Below, one piece after another: positions 13,913-30,312 of a DNA stretch of 64,000 nt. The stretch lies in NCBI RefSeq assembly GCF_009914755.1, contig NC_060926.1; one strand, given 5' to 3'. Both the position numbers and the translations under genes were made by a program. The DNA comes from the human T2T-CHM13v2.0 reference genome, Homo sapiens. Position 1 is the first letter of the stretch, and every line of letters starts with the position of its first letter. Below the pieces are notes generated by a model that worked only from the letters and a program-made list of their open reading frames with translations, ran no database searches and was not told where the DNA came from.

Positions 13913-16718
13913 CTTTAGAGCATACTCCTTTCAGAAGATTAGGATGTGTCCTAAGCATGTTTATAGTGTTTTAGAATTAATGGAGTTATTAATTTTTATG
14001 CAATTTTATTCAACTGAATAATAGAACTATTGAGTGGTTTCTGTAATATTTATTCTTTGGATTTCACACAGATGTTGTCAAGGGAATAATAAAATTGCAG
14101 ATTCCTTTAAATAGCCTCTACTCAGAATTCTTAGCTGTATGATCAGTCATCTGAATTTTTGTCAGCATTAACAATACTCTTTAATTTGGGGGAAAAAAAT
14201 CTTTGAATGGTTAATAAATGTCAAGTCCTCCCTGTGCTTGGCTTTTGAATTTTGAAGAAAGAAAACACTTTTCCTACCCTCAGAGAAATATTGTCAATTA
14301 GATCTAAGTTATATGCAAACAAAAAAATCTGAAAAAATTGGCTAAATGGTAGAACTGTGATAGACTGAGAAAATTATGTTTGTCTTGAGCAAATTAGTTT
14401 ATTAGGGTATATAGTTTATTAGCATTTATAAATAAAATATCTTGTTATACTTTGATCATGTTTCTGAAAAATCATGAATGTTTTGTTTCTCACTGATTAT
14501 TTTGCTAAGGCAAGAAACACGTGAGGCTGTCTAGGTTCACCTTCTGTCCTGTCCACTGTTAGTTCTTGGTTTGTCCCCTCCTGTTTCCACTCTCCCAGGT
14601 TGCTTCATCCTCCCATCTGATCTCTGAGGTTCTCTCTTGTCTTTTTCCTCCCGTTTGTTCTGCGGCTAGATCCCCCTCCATGAAGTATGATCACGTGGCT
14701 CTCCTGTTCTGAACTTCGCTCCTGTTCTTTACAGCCCACACAGTGAAATTCAATCTCTCACCAGCATTTGAGACCTTCCACGCTGTTTCAAACCTTTTCT
14801 CTGGCTTCCCCTGCTCTACTCTCCTCCTTTGTCCCCTAAGCTCTGAGCTCTGAACTACAGACTACACTTTCCCGTCTCTTGATTTTCATATACTTTTCTC
14901 ACTGTTTGAAATGTCCTTTATTCATCCCTGCATGCCCATTTTCTGCCTGATCTACTCATCTTTCAAATGCCTCCTCTTTTGAGGAACTTCTTCTGATCTG
15001 ATTCCCACCCAGCCCACAAACGCCAAGCTAGAATTATTTTCATGCCATCAATATTCATAGTACATATTTTGCTTTTGTAACTTAAAAAGATTACTCACAT
15101 ACCTTTTCCTGTTATCTAGGGCTTTGAGCCCTCTAAATTTCTTAAGGGCAAGAGCCTGGTTTTTGTTGATTGTTACATTTCTAGATCCTCTTTAGAGTCT
15201 GGTTTTGATGTTTATATATAATAACTACATAATTGACTTACTGTTGTGGATTAATCAATCAATACTTAGTGGTGGATATGAAAACTCTGATATGTTATTT
15301 CAGCTTGTGAATTTTAACTTCTTTGATATGTAGTAACATTAATGAGATAAGATACTTTTCTGAGGTTAAATGTCTTTTGCTCTTTACTTATTAACAAGAA
15401 AGCCACAGTAGTTACTAGGTAACAATGACTGAAATTTGTATATTTCATCTTCAGGAAGTTACCCCAGCACAACCTGTTTCCATTAAACCTATTGGATTGT
15501 GGCACTTAAACTATATTCTCCAGAGACTTAGATACCCTCAGTGAACTTGAAACTTTCATAGGTAGGAAAAGAAAAATCAATTTCTTGTCTAAACATTGCT
15601 GCCAGTGGAAAAAAGCAAAATGATTATCTTTTCACTAATGAAGTTAGTGGTGACAATAGGCAAAGTAAGCAAGATAATAAAAAAAGGTGTTGTACTGTGT
15701 ATTGTGCTACAGATTTCTAGAAAAGCAATTTAGAATGTTGAACCCTAAATTAAGACCAATCCTTCTTTGTAGAAATGGTGTGAGCATTGAAATAAAACCA
15801 TGGCCCACATATGTGAGAAAATGATCAAAAGTGTCTCATTTCTTGTTTTTGGTATGAAATAGACTTTGCTATCTAGATTACATAGATAACTCTTCTGGTT
15901 TTCTTTATTATTTTAGGAATTCTTTATTATTGTACAGAGTGCTGGGGTTTGCTTAATCTTGTCTCCATTTTGCATTATATGCATTTACCTAGTAGCTACA
16001 TGGGACAATCTAATCTTTGGTAGACTACATCTTGGTTTCTGATGGGCTTGAATAAGAAAGGAGAGGAATGTGCGGGGAATGCACTAGACAAGAACATGTG
16101 GGCAAAACCCAGGCTGTTGGGAGGATTAGTCACATAGCTTAAAGGAAAATTCTGTTGCAAAGATAATGGATCATTTGCTTCCTGAATGAGCCATTCAGAA
16201 GGAACCATTGCCAAGTCACTAAACTCTTCTGAATGAGATTTTCCAGAGACGCCCACTGGCTAGTACTGGTTAGTGTGGGAAATTTTGTTTAAATCAACCT
16301 TTTCAACCTTTACAACTTTTGCTCATTAATGATTTAGAAAGATAATGTTAGCATCCTTTTTGATCTACAGAGGATATGTTTAAATAGAACATGATTCCTA
16401 TTGTGAATGTGTTTCAGTTAAAACCAGATGTGCTGTACGAAAACGCATGTGTGTGCACGCGTGTGCATGCACACACACGCATGCACGCCAATTTTGGTTA
16501 TACTTTTTGAAAGAACCAATCTTCCTATCTCTGAGTATATTTCTTAACTGGGGTATTTCTTAGTGTGGCTTTAAGTATTAATCTTCAATGTACTTTGTCA
16601 CAAGCAGTAATCAGGCTTGAACTTTATACACTTATCACCTTTGGACTTCTGCCCTGCATGCAGTTTATGTGCAAGGTAAAACAAGACCCAGTGAAATTTC
16701 TTAATTAAAATGAGGTTG

Positions 16719-17025
<307 letters not shown>

Positions 17026-17540
17026 AAAATGAGGTTGAATTGCCACTTAGTGAACTCTGGCTTTCTAAAATAATATATGTCACCTAGAAATTTGGAATGT
17101 GAATGTGACTATATAAACCTGTATGTCCTAATCAAGCTTTTGAAGCTGAATTAAGACAAATGTTTCTAATATTTTTGGCTTGAGTAACTATCAGAGATGA
17201 TTGGTTATAACTGAACCATGTGTTAATAGTGTGGTGGTAATTTTTAACTCAGAGTACTCAGTCCCCCTGGAGGTTATAGCGGGTACTACACTTCATCTTG
17301 GTTGTCTTTTTGAAGGTTGTACAGAATATTCGCATGAACATTAATTATGGTTGCAGAACAAGCCAAAACCTCTGTTCTTTGACATTTCATATGCATTGTG
17401 TGAAAATATACACTTTCGTGCATTTAATAGCAAAATAGACAATAATAGATTAGTTTCTTACAGAATACATGTAAGTCAAAACCTTGTAAATTTCTATTTT
17501 AAACTCTAACACACAGTGTCAGAGTTAAAAATTGTGTGCA

Positions 17541-18433
<893 letters not shown>

Positions 18434-18434
18434 T

Positions 18435-18768
18435 GATCATGTCCTTTGCAGGGACATGGACAGAGGTAGAAGCCATTATCCTCAGCAAACTAACACAGGA
18501 ACAGAAAACTAAACACTGCATGTTCTCACTTATAAGTGGGAGCTGAACAATGAGAACGCATGGACACAGGGAGGGGAACAACACACACTGGGGTCTGTGG
18601 TGAGGGGGGTGGTGGGTGGGAGAGCATCAGGAGAAATAGCTAATGCATGTGGGGCTTCATACCTAGGTGACGGGTTGATAGGTGCAGCAAACCACCGTGG
18701 CACACATTTACCTGTGTAACAAACATGTACATCCTGCACATGTACCCCAGAACTTAAAAGGAAAAAAA
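18435..18768 (+). mobile_element. L1PA 3' end (3'UTR)
   Basis: catgtcctttgcagggacatgg...ttctcacttataagtgggagctgaacaatgagaac...gcacatgtaccccagaacttaaa. Confidence 0.92.
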
Positions 18769-19441
18769 TTGTTTGCACAGAATTAAGGTCCGGTCCCTGC
18801 TTCCCGGAGTACACACAGTCTGGTATAGGAGACACAGTTCACACATAAAACTGTAAGACCAGGACAGCCTGACACAAATAGAACTGACCAAAAGTACTGA
18901 GCAGCTTCTTCTTCCTAACTGGAAAGATCAGTGAAGGAGTTGGGAGTTGCAGTTTTGCGCTGGATTTTGAAGGCTGTATTGGCAAAGACTATGGCAAAAG
19001 AAGAAGGAAGTAGATGGATGCTCCTTGGGCTAAGGTTTTATTTACATAGGCAGGTAGCCAAGGACACACACACACAGCATATGTGATGCGATGGGAGAGG
19101 GCGGAGGAATTCCTTAGATATGGTTAGTGAGATTCAACTTGTCTTATCCCTCCCCTCTGCTGCTGCTTAGTGGAGGAAACAGCGGGAAGGAAAGGAAGCC
19201 TTAATCTTACCCCCTTGGTCCTCTCTTCTGGTTTACCTTCCCACTTGTTATTTTAGAATGGTAAGAACTTGTGGAGAATCAGACTAGGACAGAGGAACGG
19301 GGGTGAATGAGCAAAAAGAGCTGCAGGATAGCACAGGGGACTCTTTAGCTTGCCTTTTCTTTTTCCTCTTTATCAGTGTCTTCTCTGTTTCCAAAGCTTG
19401 ACAGAGTTCATCATAGGAAGGAGGAAGGAAGAGATGGCTAA

Positions 19442-19800
<359 letters not shown>

Positions 19801-20421
19801 TAATTAAATGAGATTAAAGAGCATAGACTGAGTAGTGTGCAGAAAATAAAAAGATGCAATGCTGAGCATACAAAAAGAATTCTGATGGATCTTAGCCTTA
19901 GTATTCAAGGTCATCATCATAATCAACAATTAAATTTTACTCAGGACTTACAAGGTACACGGAATCGTCTTACAACACAGTAGAATTTTTTTTAAAAATG
20001 TTATTTAAAGAAGTGGAAGGGGAGTTAGAACAAAAACTTTTGCAGAAAGATGGTACTTAAGGGGGCAATCATGGCATTGGATGCTGGCCAAACATAAATC
20101 TTCTGCAGTTTCAGTAAGTTGTAGCCTTAGAATATGTATGTATGTATACATGTGCTTGTGTGTGCATTTTTCCCATTCTCAATAAGTAAAAAAAAAAAAG
20201 GAAAACTAAAACAGAGTGAAAGGATAGGCTTGAAAAAGTCAAACCCAGGGAGTGATTTTTAAAGCTGGCTTGTGAATAAAGGAGCCTGCTAGAGAGGTTT
20301 ATGGCTGGAAGGATAAAAACGTCTGTCATGTTTCAGGATCAGAGAGTAACTTCTTTGGATTACTTGTCACATTTTTCTCTTATCTTATGATGAATTTATT
20401 TATTCTCTTGTAAAAATACTG

Positions 20422-20844
20422 TGTTTTAGTCCATTTGTGTTGTCATAAAGGAATACCTGAGGGTGGGTAATTTGTAAAGAAAAGAGGTTTATTTGGCTCA
20501 TGGTTCTGCAGGCTGTATAAGAAGCACGGTGCTAGCATCTGCTTCTGGTGAGGGCCTCAGGCTGCTTCCATTCGTGGCAGAAGATGAAGGGGAGCTGTTA
20601 TGCAGAGATCACATGGTGACAGAGGAAGCAAGAGAGAGAGAGAAAAGGAGTCCCAGGTTCTTTTTCAGCAATCAGTTCTTGTGGGATATAAAAGTGAGAA
20701 TTCACCCCTCAGAATGGTACCAAGCTATTCATGTGGGATCCGCTCCTGTGACCCAGACACCTCCCACCAGGCCTCACCTTCACCACCGGGGATCATATTT
20801 CAACATGAGACTTGGTGAGGCCAAATTATATCCAAACGATAGCA
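20422..20844. mobile_element. MST-type ERVL-MaLR solo LTR with 5-bp TSD tactg
   Basis: TG...CA termini, aaggaatacctgagg..gggtaattt.taaagaaaagaggtttatttggctcatggttctgcagg motif, and tactg on both sides. Confidence 0.88.
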
Positions 20845-21077
20845 TACTGTTTCTTTGCTTTCTGAGAAATTATGTCAAGTTATAAACTATATTCTTTTAT
20901 AGTATGTATAGAGTCTGTTCTTCTTGCTAGAGGATTGTTCTAGGAGTTTGGCTACAGTTCTCTTCTACAGCAAATTAGAGACTGTTCATGCGTTTTTTTC
21001 AGGGCATTAGAGATTGTACATCTATGTGCATGTATGATGAAACCACTTCATACTTACTATTTTTAAAAACTCTATTG

Positions 21078-21468
<391 letters not shown>

Positions 21469-21732
21469 TCACTTGAGAGTTTTCATACTCCAAGCTCTGG
21501 GTGAGATGTAAATTATGAATGTTACTGATTACTGAGAAGGTCAGTGGTTACGTCTTTGAGGTTACATAAAACTGAACAAAGGAGATAAAAAGCTGAGGCA
21601 CGTACCCATATGAACTTCCTGTTCAAAAGATAAATTGGGAGGAATTTTCTGATTGGCCATAGGCAGTCCCCGTGAGAGGCTCACGAAAGTTTTGTAAAGA
21701 TGTACTATATGACTGTAATCTCTCTTTTTCAG

Positions 21733-21927
21733 GTTCTGCCACTTGCTGGGAAAACAGCAACAGAAGGATATTAAGGAGCCACCCCTATAATCTACCCAGA
21801 TAGCCCCAGCAAGGTCAAAGACATATCGTGTCCCAAGGAGAAAAGCTGCAGGCATCTGAGGATAAATCACTGTGAAACAGCTTTGACCATAAAGCTGACT
21901 TGGAAGACTTTGACTCCAAGGTGCAAG
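21733..21927 (+). other. OSBPL6: OSBPL6 non-coding 5'UTR exon (195 nt)
   Basis: Acceptor tctctttttcAG ends at 21732 and donor AAG|GTGAGT starts at 21928. The exon has no ATG, is unique sequence and lies upstream of the start-codon exon. Confidence 0.8.
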
Positions 21928-22876
21928 GTGAGTTAGAAGAACACAAGCTTAAAACCAAAAGCAGGGTTAGGTTAGGCAGCGCTTAATAATAGCAACAGAT
22001 TAGTGGGACACCACAAAGTCACAGGAAGGTGTTTCTTTATATCTCTTATTTGTATGTCAGATCTTAAAATAATATGTCATAATCCTTATAATAAAAAGTT
22101 CTTTTTTTTTTAAGGATAGGAAGTAGAAAAATGTGAAAATATTTGGTAACCATTTTCTGTTTTCTGTATGTAGTCTGGCATCATGTGGAAATATGATACT
22201 GCTTTTCCCTTCTTGAGCAATGAACGTGCAGACCTAAACCTTAAAATAGCCAAAATGTTATCCTTGCTTTCTTTATACACATATCCACAAACCCACATTT
22301 GACTACAGGTACACATTCTTAAAATGCATCCAGTTTTTATAATCTTCCATAGTAAACAATGAGACAGTCAACTTTTCTTTTTGCTCATGAGACTGAAATG
22401 GCTGTGGTACTAGCAATACTTTTTGTGGTATCCTTGTCATCTTTGATATTTGTGGTTATTATTTTAGAGCCGCTTTATATAACTATATGATATCTTAGGC
22501 CTACTGAGTTTGTGGTCTTCACCACTTAGCTGCACCCTCCCAGTTATCCAAAGCTTTCTATTTCTTCAAGGTCAGCCATCCCCAGGGTGGAAGTTTGTGG
22601 CATTAATCGTCTTCGGGAGCTTTTTACAAGCTGCACATCCTCTGCTCAAACCTTATTTGCCAGGGGCACAGGGATGGTGGTGGTAGTGGTGATGACAATT
22701 CAGACATATATGATTTGGGAAAGTTTCTTTTGTATCCTGATGCCATTCCCGCCCTTTCCTAGCGTGGACTGGTTCCTCTTGGTAGAGCAGAAACCAAGGC
22801 TCAGTAATTTAGTGTAATCATTGTTATATTAGAAGCTTTCTGTTTATTACTGTATTGTTTAAAAGCGCATTTTAGA

Positions 22877-23171
22877 TTAGAGCTTGCAAAGTAGCCCACA
22901 GGCCAAATTTTTTGCTAACATTTTTTAACCTGTAAAAATTTTCTTTTTATAAGAAAATTAATTGCCAACATTTGAAAATCTGGAAACTTCACATAAAAAT
23001 CAGATAGATCAGATATCTGGTTTCTCTTGGAAGATTAAAAATCTGGTCTTGTTACTATCCTAGTAACTGTACTTTGCTAGTATTTTGCATTCCCTAAATA
23101 TTTAACCAAACCAATCTTACAGATTATGGCACCTGCCTGGGACACGTAGGCTTTTGAGTTCAAGAGTCCTG
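22877..23171. mobile_element. MER102-like hAT-Charlie remnant
   Basis: ttgccaacatttgaaaatctggaaacttcacataaaaatc...ggcacctgcctgg...ttttgagttcaagagtcctg. Confidence 0.55.
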
Positions 23172-25428
23172 CTTTAAGCATCAATTTCTTCTGCTCTCTG
23201 TATATGAGGTCACTTCTATGTACTTTAATATAACATTCTATTAGTATTTATCCTCTGCTATTATTTTAGCATTTATTATTTTATATAAAATGTATGAGCT
23301 TTGAGAAGCTGACACTTGCCAGCCAGGCTTACCTATGAAGTAAGAAGACTTTTCAAAGATAAGATGTTTCAGGCCATGGGCTTAAGGAGATCTAATTTTC
23401 ATAGTGATGTGCTCTGCATCATTTTTTCCAGATGTGGAGGGTGTCATCTCAGGGTCTGATATTTCATGACCTAAGAGTTCAGTTGCCTGATCTGACTGTT
23501 TTGGTTCCAGGGACGTAAACTGATTCACCAAGTAGCCTTCTTTTTGAATGACCCCCGTAGGGATTTAGAGTCCATTTTCTAGGCCCTCACTCATTCTGGA
23601 CACCAGGGCGACTCAGAGAACAGTAATGCTATGCCCTCTATATGTGCAGAGCTTTTAGCATTGAGAAATCTTGCCGTCAGAGTTAGACATACCTCCATCA
23701 CAGTGAGTTGTAGTTACTCACAAACTTGTCTTTCCTCATCTTTGATTGCTATATATTGTTGCTAAATGAAATTCATGCAGTAATGTTTCTGTCAGTTTGA
23801 TATTGAACCAAATGTTTATATGGTAATAAAATACTTTAACCATGGAAGCATTTCAAATCATAGGGTCCTTATAGGCATAGCATTTCTGTGCCTGCATTAG
23901 CTAAACTCAACGTGGGGAAACTGACATACTCCTAAAACAATGGTTCTTCTTTTTTTTAAAAAAAAAAAAAAACAACAAATTATTTTACTTAAAAAATAAG
24001 ATTTACAGATATTTTCCCATAATGCATTTAGAGTCCAACTGGTAATGCCTGTTATTTAAGCAGATTTCAGGCCACAGGGTATCCATTTCTCCCCCCTAGA
24101 TACATCAGACACATTGTAAATCTCTTCTTGATTGGTATCCATTTTTAAATGTTGAGGCACATAGGAAAGAAGGCCAATGGGTGGGATTTTTATTTTGAGT
24201 ATCTTAGTTTCCTTCTGCCTGCATTACTTTGCTCCATCTCATGGATTCTGTTAGATCAGTATTGCCTAGGATCTCTCAATACTTGACAACATGCAGAGTT
24301 GAAATCGTGCATGAGTCCCTTTGAGTATCAAGTTTAAGTTCATGGAAATAAAGTACCTGAAAATTTGTTTCCACACTTTTGCTGAGTTGTGACTTGACTA
24401 TAGGAGAAGAAAACTGAATTCTTTTTTGAAGGGGAATTTCAGGTGATTGATATCTCATTTTCTACATGAATTTTGTTTGCTAGATTCATAGAGCCTATCT
24501 CCCCCCATCTACCCCCCACAAAAAAATAAGAAAGAAATTTGCTTTTATTTCTTTGGTTACAGGAATTAAAGAGTATGTGTGCATGTACACTCAGAAATGC
24601 TTTCAGAAAACCTTCTTATCTCGTTTTCTTGGAGTTCCTGTTATCAGCTCCACATTCCATTTCCTTTAACTCCCTGAGGAAGTGACAACTAAGACCGAAA
24701 AAATGGGGAAATGGGGGAAAAATTGTAGGGAGGGCTTAGGAGCTGTTGTTGACATATGAAACAGGTTGATTTTTTTTTTTTAAGTAAAACTAACCAGTGA
24801 GCAAAAATAACATGGTTAGGTAAAAAGTGGAAGAGGAGAAAGAGTATTCAACCCTGACATGGTGAGGAAGCTGCCATTGACTCCCTTTTATCATTTTTGG
24901 GTCATGAGACTTCCCCCTGGAGTAGTGGAAATGGAGAGAATAGCAAGCAGGAATTGGCAATGCAGACACCATTTCACCTGCCCTGTTTCTTCCTGTCCTG
25001 GGCTTTCCCTCAGGTTGAAGGGGGTCTCTTCTGCTCAAGGAGCACCTAATCTGAAGAGCTGAGGGACCCAGAGGAAGTAGCAGGCCAGTGGCCACCTCCT
25101 CTCTCCAGGGAAAAGGAGTGAGACCCCAAAACTTCGTTCTTGCCTGTTGAAAAGTATGGAAACAAAGGAGGGACAAGAGAAGATTCTTTGTCCAGAGAGA
25201 AGGGCTGTGCCCCAGGCCAGCTCTCGCCTGTGCATTCATTGTCCATCACAATCTGGTTTGTGAGGTTTTAGAAAAATGAGTCGCCCAAACACCTGAAAGA
25301 TTTAGACCAGTTCTGAAAAATAAATTGTACCTTGAATACATATCCAGTAAAAGTATGTGTAACTGTATAAGTAACTAAGTGGGGGAAAAAAAGGAGTATA
25401 CTGTTCATATCAAGGTTTTCATATATAA

Positions 25429-25754
<326 letters not shown>

Positions 25755-25796
25755 AGGGACGTTTTTTCTTTATTAAGACTTTTTTCTTCTGTTGAT

Positions 25797-26120
<324 letters not shown>

Positions 26121-26139
26121 AGTTTTTGTTTTCTATATT

Positions 26140-27850
26140 TTAAAAATACATTTCATTTGAAAAAATTTCAAACTTAGGCTTTTGTATAAGAATAGCATAA
26201 TGAACAACCATACGCACACACTCAGATTCATCTATCTCCTTCTCCATTTATCAGAAGTCATTAGAAGTAGACATCATGTCATATCCACCCCTGCATTTTC
26301 CAGTAGGCATATTTTAATATGCACATTTTCCTACAGAACCATATTGCCATGTCACACCTAACAATATGAATGATACTTCTTTGGTATCATTTACTACTCA
26401 TTCCATATTCAAATTTCCCTGATTGTCTCAAAATTCTCTTTTAATAGTTGGTTTATTTGAACCAGATCTGAAGAAGTGCATACATTTCATTTGGCTATTG
26501 AGTCTCATAAAACTCTTATCTAGAATATTCCCTTTCTTTTCTCAAGTCATTCACTTGTTGAAGTTAAGCCACTTTGGGAATAGAACTTTCCACATACTAG
26601 GTTTGGCTGATTGTTGTTACTTAACTTTTTTCTCTATTACTCAGATTTACTAGAACTTGGAAGTTAGATCAAGAGGCTTGATTGGATTCAGATCTAACTA
26701 TTCTGGCAAGAATTCTGCTTCCTTTTGCTGTGTACTTTACGTAGTGCCACCTCAGGAGGCACATATGGTCTAGTTACCCCACTTTTAGTGATGCTGTCAT
26801 TGGACCGTGTTTCGGGGAAGAACATCCTGATCCCCCTGTTCTAAAGTTACCCCATCCGTTTTTTTCACTTCATGATTTTGTCAGCCAATAATCATTGCCT
26901 GAATACATTATGTCATTAGGGGTTATAAAAATGGTGACCCCCACCCCATCCTATTATTCCTTCTACATTTGTTAGCTGTCATTCTTTTATAAAGAACTTC
27001 CATCATCAACTAGTATTTGGTGGCCCTGAAATACAGTTCATATAGGAAGGGCAGGGTGATTGCTTAATATTTCCCTAGTAATTGACAATATCAGAGTTGG
27101 TGCTATAGTTTCTTCAAAAGGTGATATTTCTGCTTTTTAGCGAGAAACTTCCCTTTTTTCTTGAGAATCATTGTAAATTCAAGGATTTAAAAAAATATTT
27201 GTTATGTTTCACATACTTAATTGTAGTGGTTTTTTTTTTTTTTTTCATTTTGATGCTCAAACAAAACCTTCTTTGTTCATTATGAGCCCTTTCAACCTGG
27301 CTCCTGTGTATACGTATAGAAAAGAGAACCTATCATATGTGAATCACAGTGAATTTGCACATACTGGACACACCTATATAATCAGCACCCAGACCAAGAT
27401 ACAGAACATCCCCAAAGCATCCCTGGTCCTATTAATTTCTTTGACTCTACTTTTTGATACAACAGGTTGCCCCAAATTCTTTTTGTGCATTCCATACCCC
27501 AGTCTAAGAATCAGCCATTCTAAGCAGTCTGGTTCTTTTTAATAGGAAACAGAATTTAGAAACTATAGTCAGGCACTAGGGGTGCTCATTTCCATGGGTT
27601 GTCAGTGTTTCCATGCCTTTTCAGGAAACAAGGTGGGAAATACATGTGTCCAAAAAGAAAAAAAAAATGATGAGTTCATGCTGATTTTCCTGAGTTAACT
27701 TTATGGAGTCTTAATTTTTTAATTTTATATTTGTATCTTTTTTCTTTTACATTGAAACCATTGGTTCAAAACAGCATTATAAATGTATTTACTTTATCCT
27801 TTGGGCACACAAAATAGTTTCAAATTAATAATTTCAGCATGAAAACTACT
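26140..27850 (-). mobile_element. Degraded L1MC/ME-type 3' sequence
   Basis: ccatattcaaatttccctgattgtctcaaa and similar ancient-L1 phrases. Boundaries are uncertain. Confidence 0.5.
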
Positions 27851-28468
27851 AATTATTGTTATATTTTTATGTAGAGAAAATCTTACAGAATAAAGAGTTA
27901 ACTATGAGGTGTTTTTTTTTTTACCTTTTATTATCACTATTATTTTTAGTCATTCAAAATTTCTGTATGAAGACAGAAGATGAATTTTTCTCCCCAACTC
28001 CATTTTTAGTATTAATGTTGATATGTTTCTTGGCAGTGATAGTCAGTCTATTAAATCTTTAGTTCACCAGATTATCTGAGTTATTTGCAACTCACTGCAT
28101 CATACGCAGGTGTTCCAGGAGTGACAGTGGGATGATTGTACATTTTGGATGGTAGATCAGTGTGTGCCATATTGAATGGCTTTGTTAGTGTCCACTGTTC
28201 ATCATCATGCAGGTCCAGAAACAAAGGAAAGATAAACACTCTAAATAAAGCAGAGAGACTGAAGGTGTTCCAGTGTTTTTATTTTATTGCTTCTTCTTTT
28301 TATTGCTTCCTTTTATTTGATAAATGGATACTTACGGTACTTGTTTTGGAATGGTTTTCTCTTCTTTGGTTTGTCAAGTGACCAAGTGCATTGTTTCCTG
28401 GACACATTTTGTTATATCTGACCCGTGGAGAATGTTAGTGTTCATAGAAAATATAGGAACAGGTAGTC

Positions 28469-28658
28469 TCTTCCTTCCTTCCTTCCTTCCTTCCTTCCTT
28501 CCTTCCTTCCTTCCTTCCTTCTTTCCTCCCTCCCTCCCTCCCTCCTTCCTTTCTTTCCTTCCTTCCTCCCTTTTTCCTTTCCTCCTTCCCTGTTTTCCTT
28601 CCTGCCTGCCATCCATCCATCCATCCATCCATCCATCCATCCATCCATCCATTCATCC
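28469..28658. repeat. Compound microsatellite (TTCC)n/(TCCC)n/(ATCC)n
   Basis: Read directly from the sequence. It explains the repetitive ORFs at 28324-28662. Confidence 0.95.
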
Positions 28659-28769
28659 TTGATGTCTTTTTCCTACAACCAGTTAATTCCTTGAACCTGA
28701 ATCTCAGAGGTAGGCAATGGAAGGGAAGATGGAGATCTAGACCATTCCCCCTTTTGTCTTTTAAACTTT

Positions 28770-28940
28770 CATTTTTGACTTTTATTTTAGGTTCAGGGGT
28801 ACATATACAGGTTTTTTATATAGGTAAACTCATGTCATGGGGGTTTGTTGTACAGATTATTTCATCACCCAGATTAAGCCTAGTACCCCTTAGTCATTTT
28901 TCCTGATCCTCTCCCTCCTCCTCCCATCCCCCACCCTCCA
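28770..28940 (-). mobile_element. Short L1P 3' end fragment
   Basis: ttaggttcaggggtacat...tacagattatttcatcacccag...tcctgatcctctccctcctc. Confidence 0.8.
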
Positions 28941-29451
28941 GTAAACTTTTTTTTCCCCGAAACTCAATGATTGGTACAGGACCTTCCAGTAAACTTTTAA
29001 CCCGTCTTCTCAAAATATCTTGTTCCCAAATGACCATAAAATTGAAATCCAACATTTGTGAATTATTTTTCAAATATGTTTTACATACAGAAGAATGATT
29101 AATATTTTAATAAGTCTAACTTTGATGGTAATTTAAAATTTTACTTTATTCACTTTGCATATCAAATGATTAATGACAGGAACTACTGTTGCAGTGAACC
29201 AACAACACAAATCTCCTTTGAAAGGTTTGGCTTTCCAAGCAACAATTCTAAACTTTGCTCTTGGAAGAAATGACTACAAAGATGAAGGAAAAACACACAC
29301 GCTCCCCAAAACTTCAACTGTATATGGCTGGTGCTAGTTATTTAAAGGTTTAACGTTTTAGAACTAAGAGTCATCTAAATAGATGTCTTTTATCATGTGT
29401 CTTACATCATCCCCTCTATATCTCAAGTGTTTGGTCATTCAGACAGGCTTT

Positions 29452-29720
29452 AATTCATCCATCCATCCATTCATTCATCCAGCAAAGTCTATTGAGTGTC
29501 CACTCAGTATCCTCCAGGCACTGTTATGGGCCCTGGGGTTATAACAAGGAGAGCAGGAAACAAGACAGATGAGGTCTCTGGAGACAGACAGTAAGCCAGT
29601 ACACAGATAATATAAATACTGCGTGAGATAAGAGCTATGAAGGAAATGAAAAGAGTATTGTTCTAGAAAGTGACAAGGTGTGTGCCTATTCTGAGGTAAC
29701 ACTTGATCTGAGAACTGCAG
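29452..29720 (-). mobile_element. L2 3' end
   Basis: (TCCA/TTCA)n terminus, then gcaaagtctattgagtgtccact...ccaggcactgtt. Confidence 0.65.
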
Positions 29721-30312
29721 GGTGATTTGCTGACTTTTTCATGTTTAGAATACCAAATTTGAAAGTACTGTAGAGTTTATTTAAACAATAACTGCAGTTT
29801 TGGCATTTGAATTTATTTTCAAATGTCTATTTTTTTTTCAACTGGCACTATAAGTAGTTAAAGTTTCAGATGAAAATGTCTTGTTTTGTCAGCTTCTGAA
29901 AAACTGGTGAAAACTGGAGGAAGTCTCGGGTAAAGGGTGTATGGGAACTTCCCATAGTATTTTTGTATCTTTCCTGCAAATCTAAAATTATTCCAAAATA
30001 AAACATTTAAAAGAAAGATACTGGTGAAGAAATGCCAAAATGTATACTGAATCAAGTACAGTGTTGCTTAGATTTACAAAGATGAAGAAGCCACACTTCC
30101 ACAGAAAGGGGTTTTGGGGAGAGTGGTGGGTGGGAGAACCCGTGATCTGAATTCTCTTTCCATTTTGGACTTTTGTCCCATTGCTTATTTTCAAACTAGA
30201 CAAAAAATAATCTAAAATGCTTCATTTTAATTTCTTAAACTTCAGCAATCCAATACAACCTACAAATAGAGTTAGTTTACGTTTTTGCTTTTCTTTGTGC
30301 CCAACTAATTTT

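Noticed and set aside
21918-21927. Tandem donor AAG|GTGCAA 7 nt upstream of the UTR exon donor
   Set aside because: Poor +4 to +6 match compared with the adjacent GTGAGT, and negligible consequence in a UTR.
24790-25239. Longest ORF in the track (149 aa, - strand)
   Set aside because: No recognisable domain, non-ATG start and no splice context. Compatible with chance in 64 kb.
28324-28662. Repetitive ORFs (MDGW/EGRK/PSFL repeats)
   Set aside because: These are translations of a tetranucleotide microsatellite.
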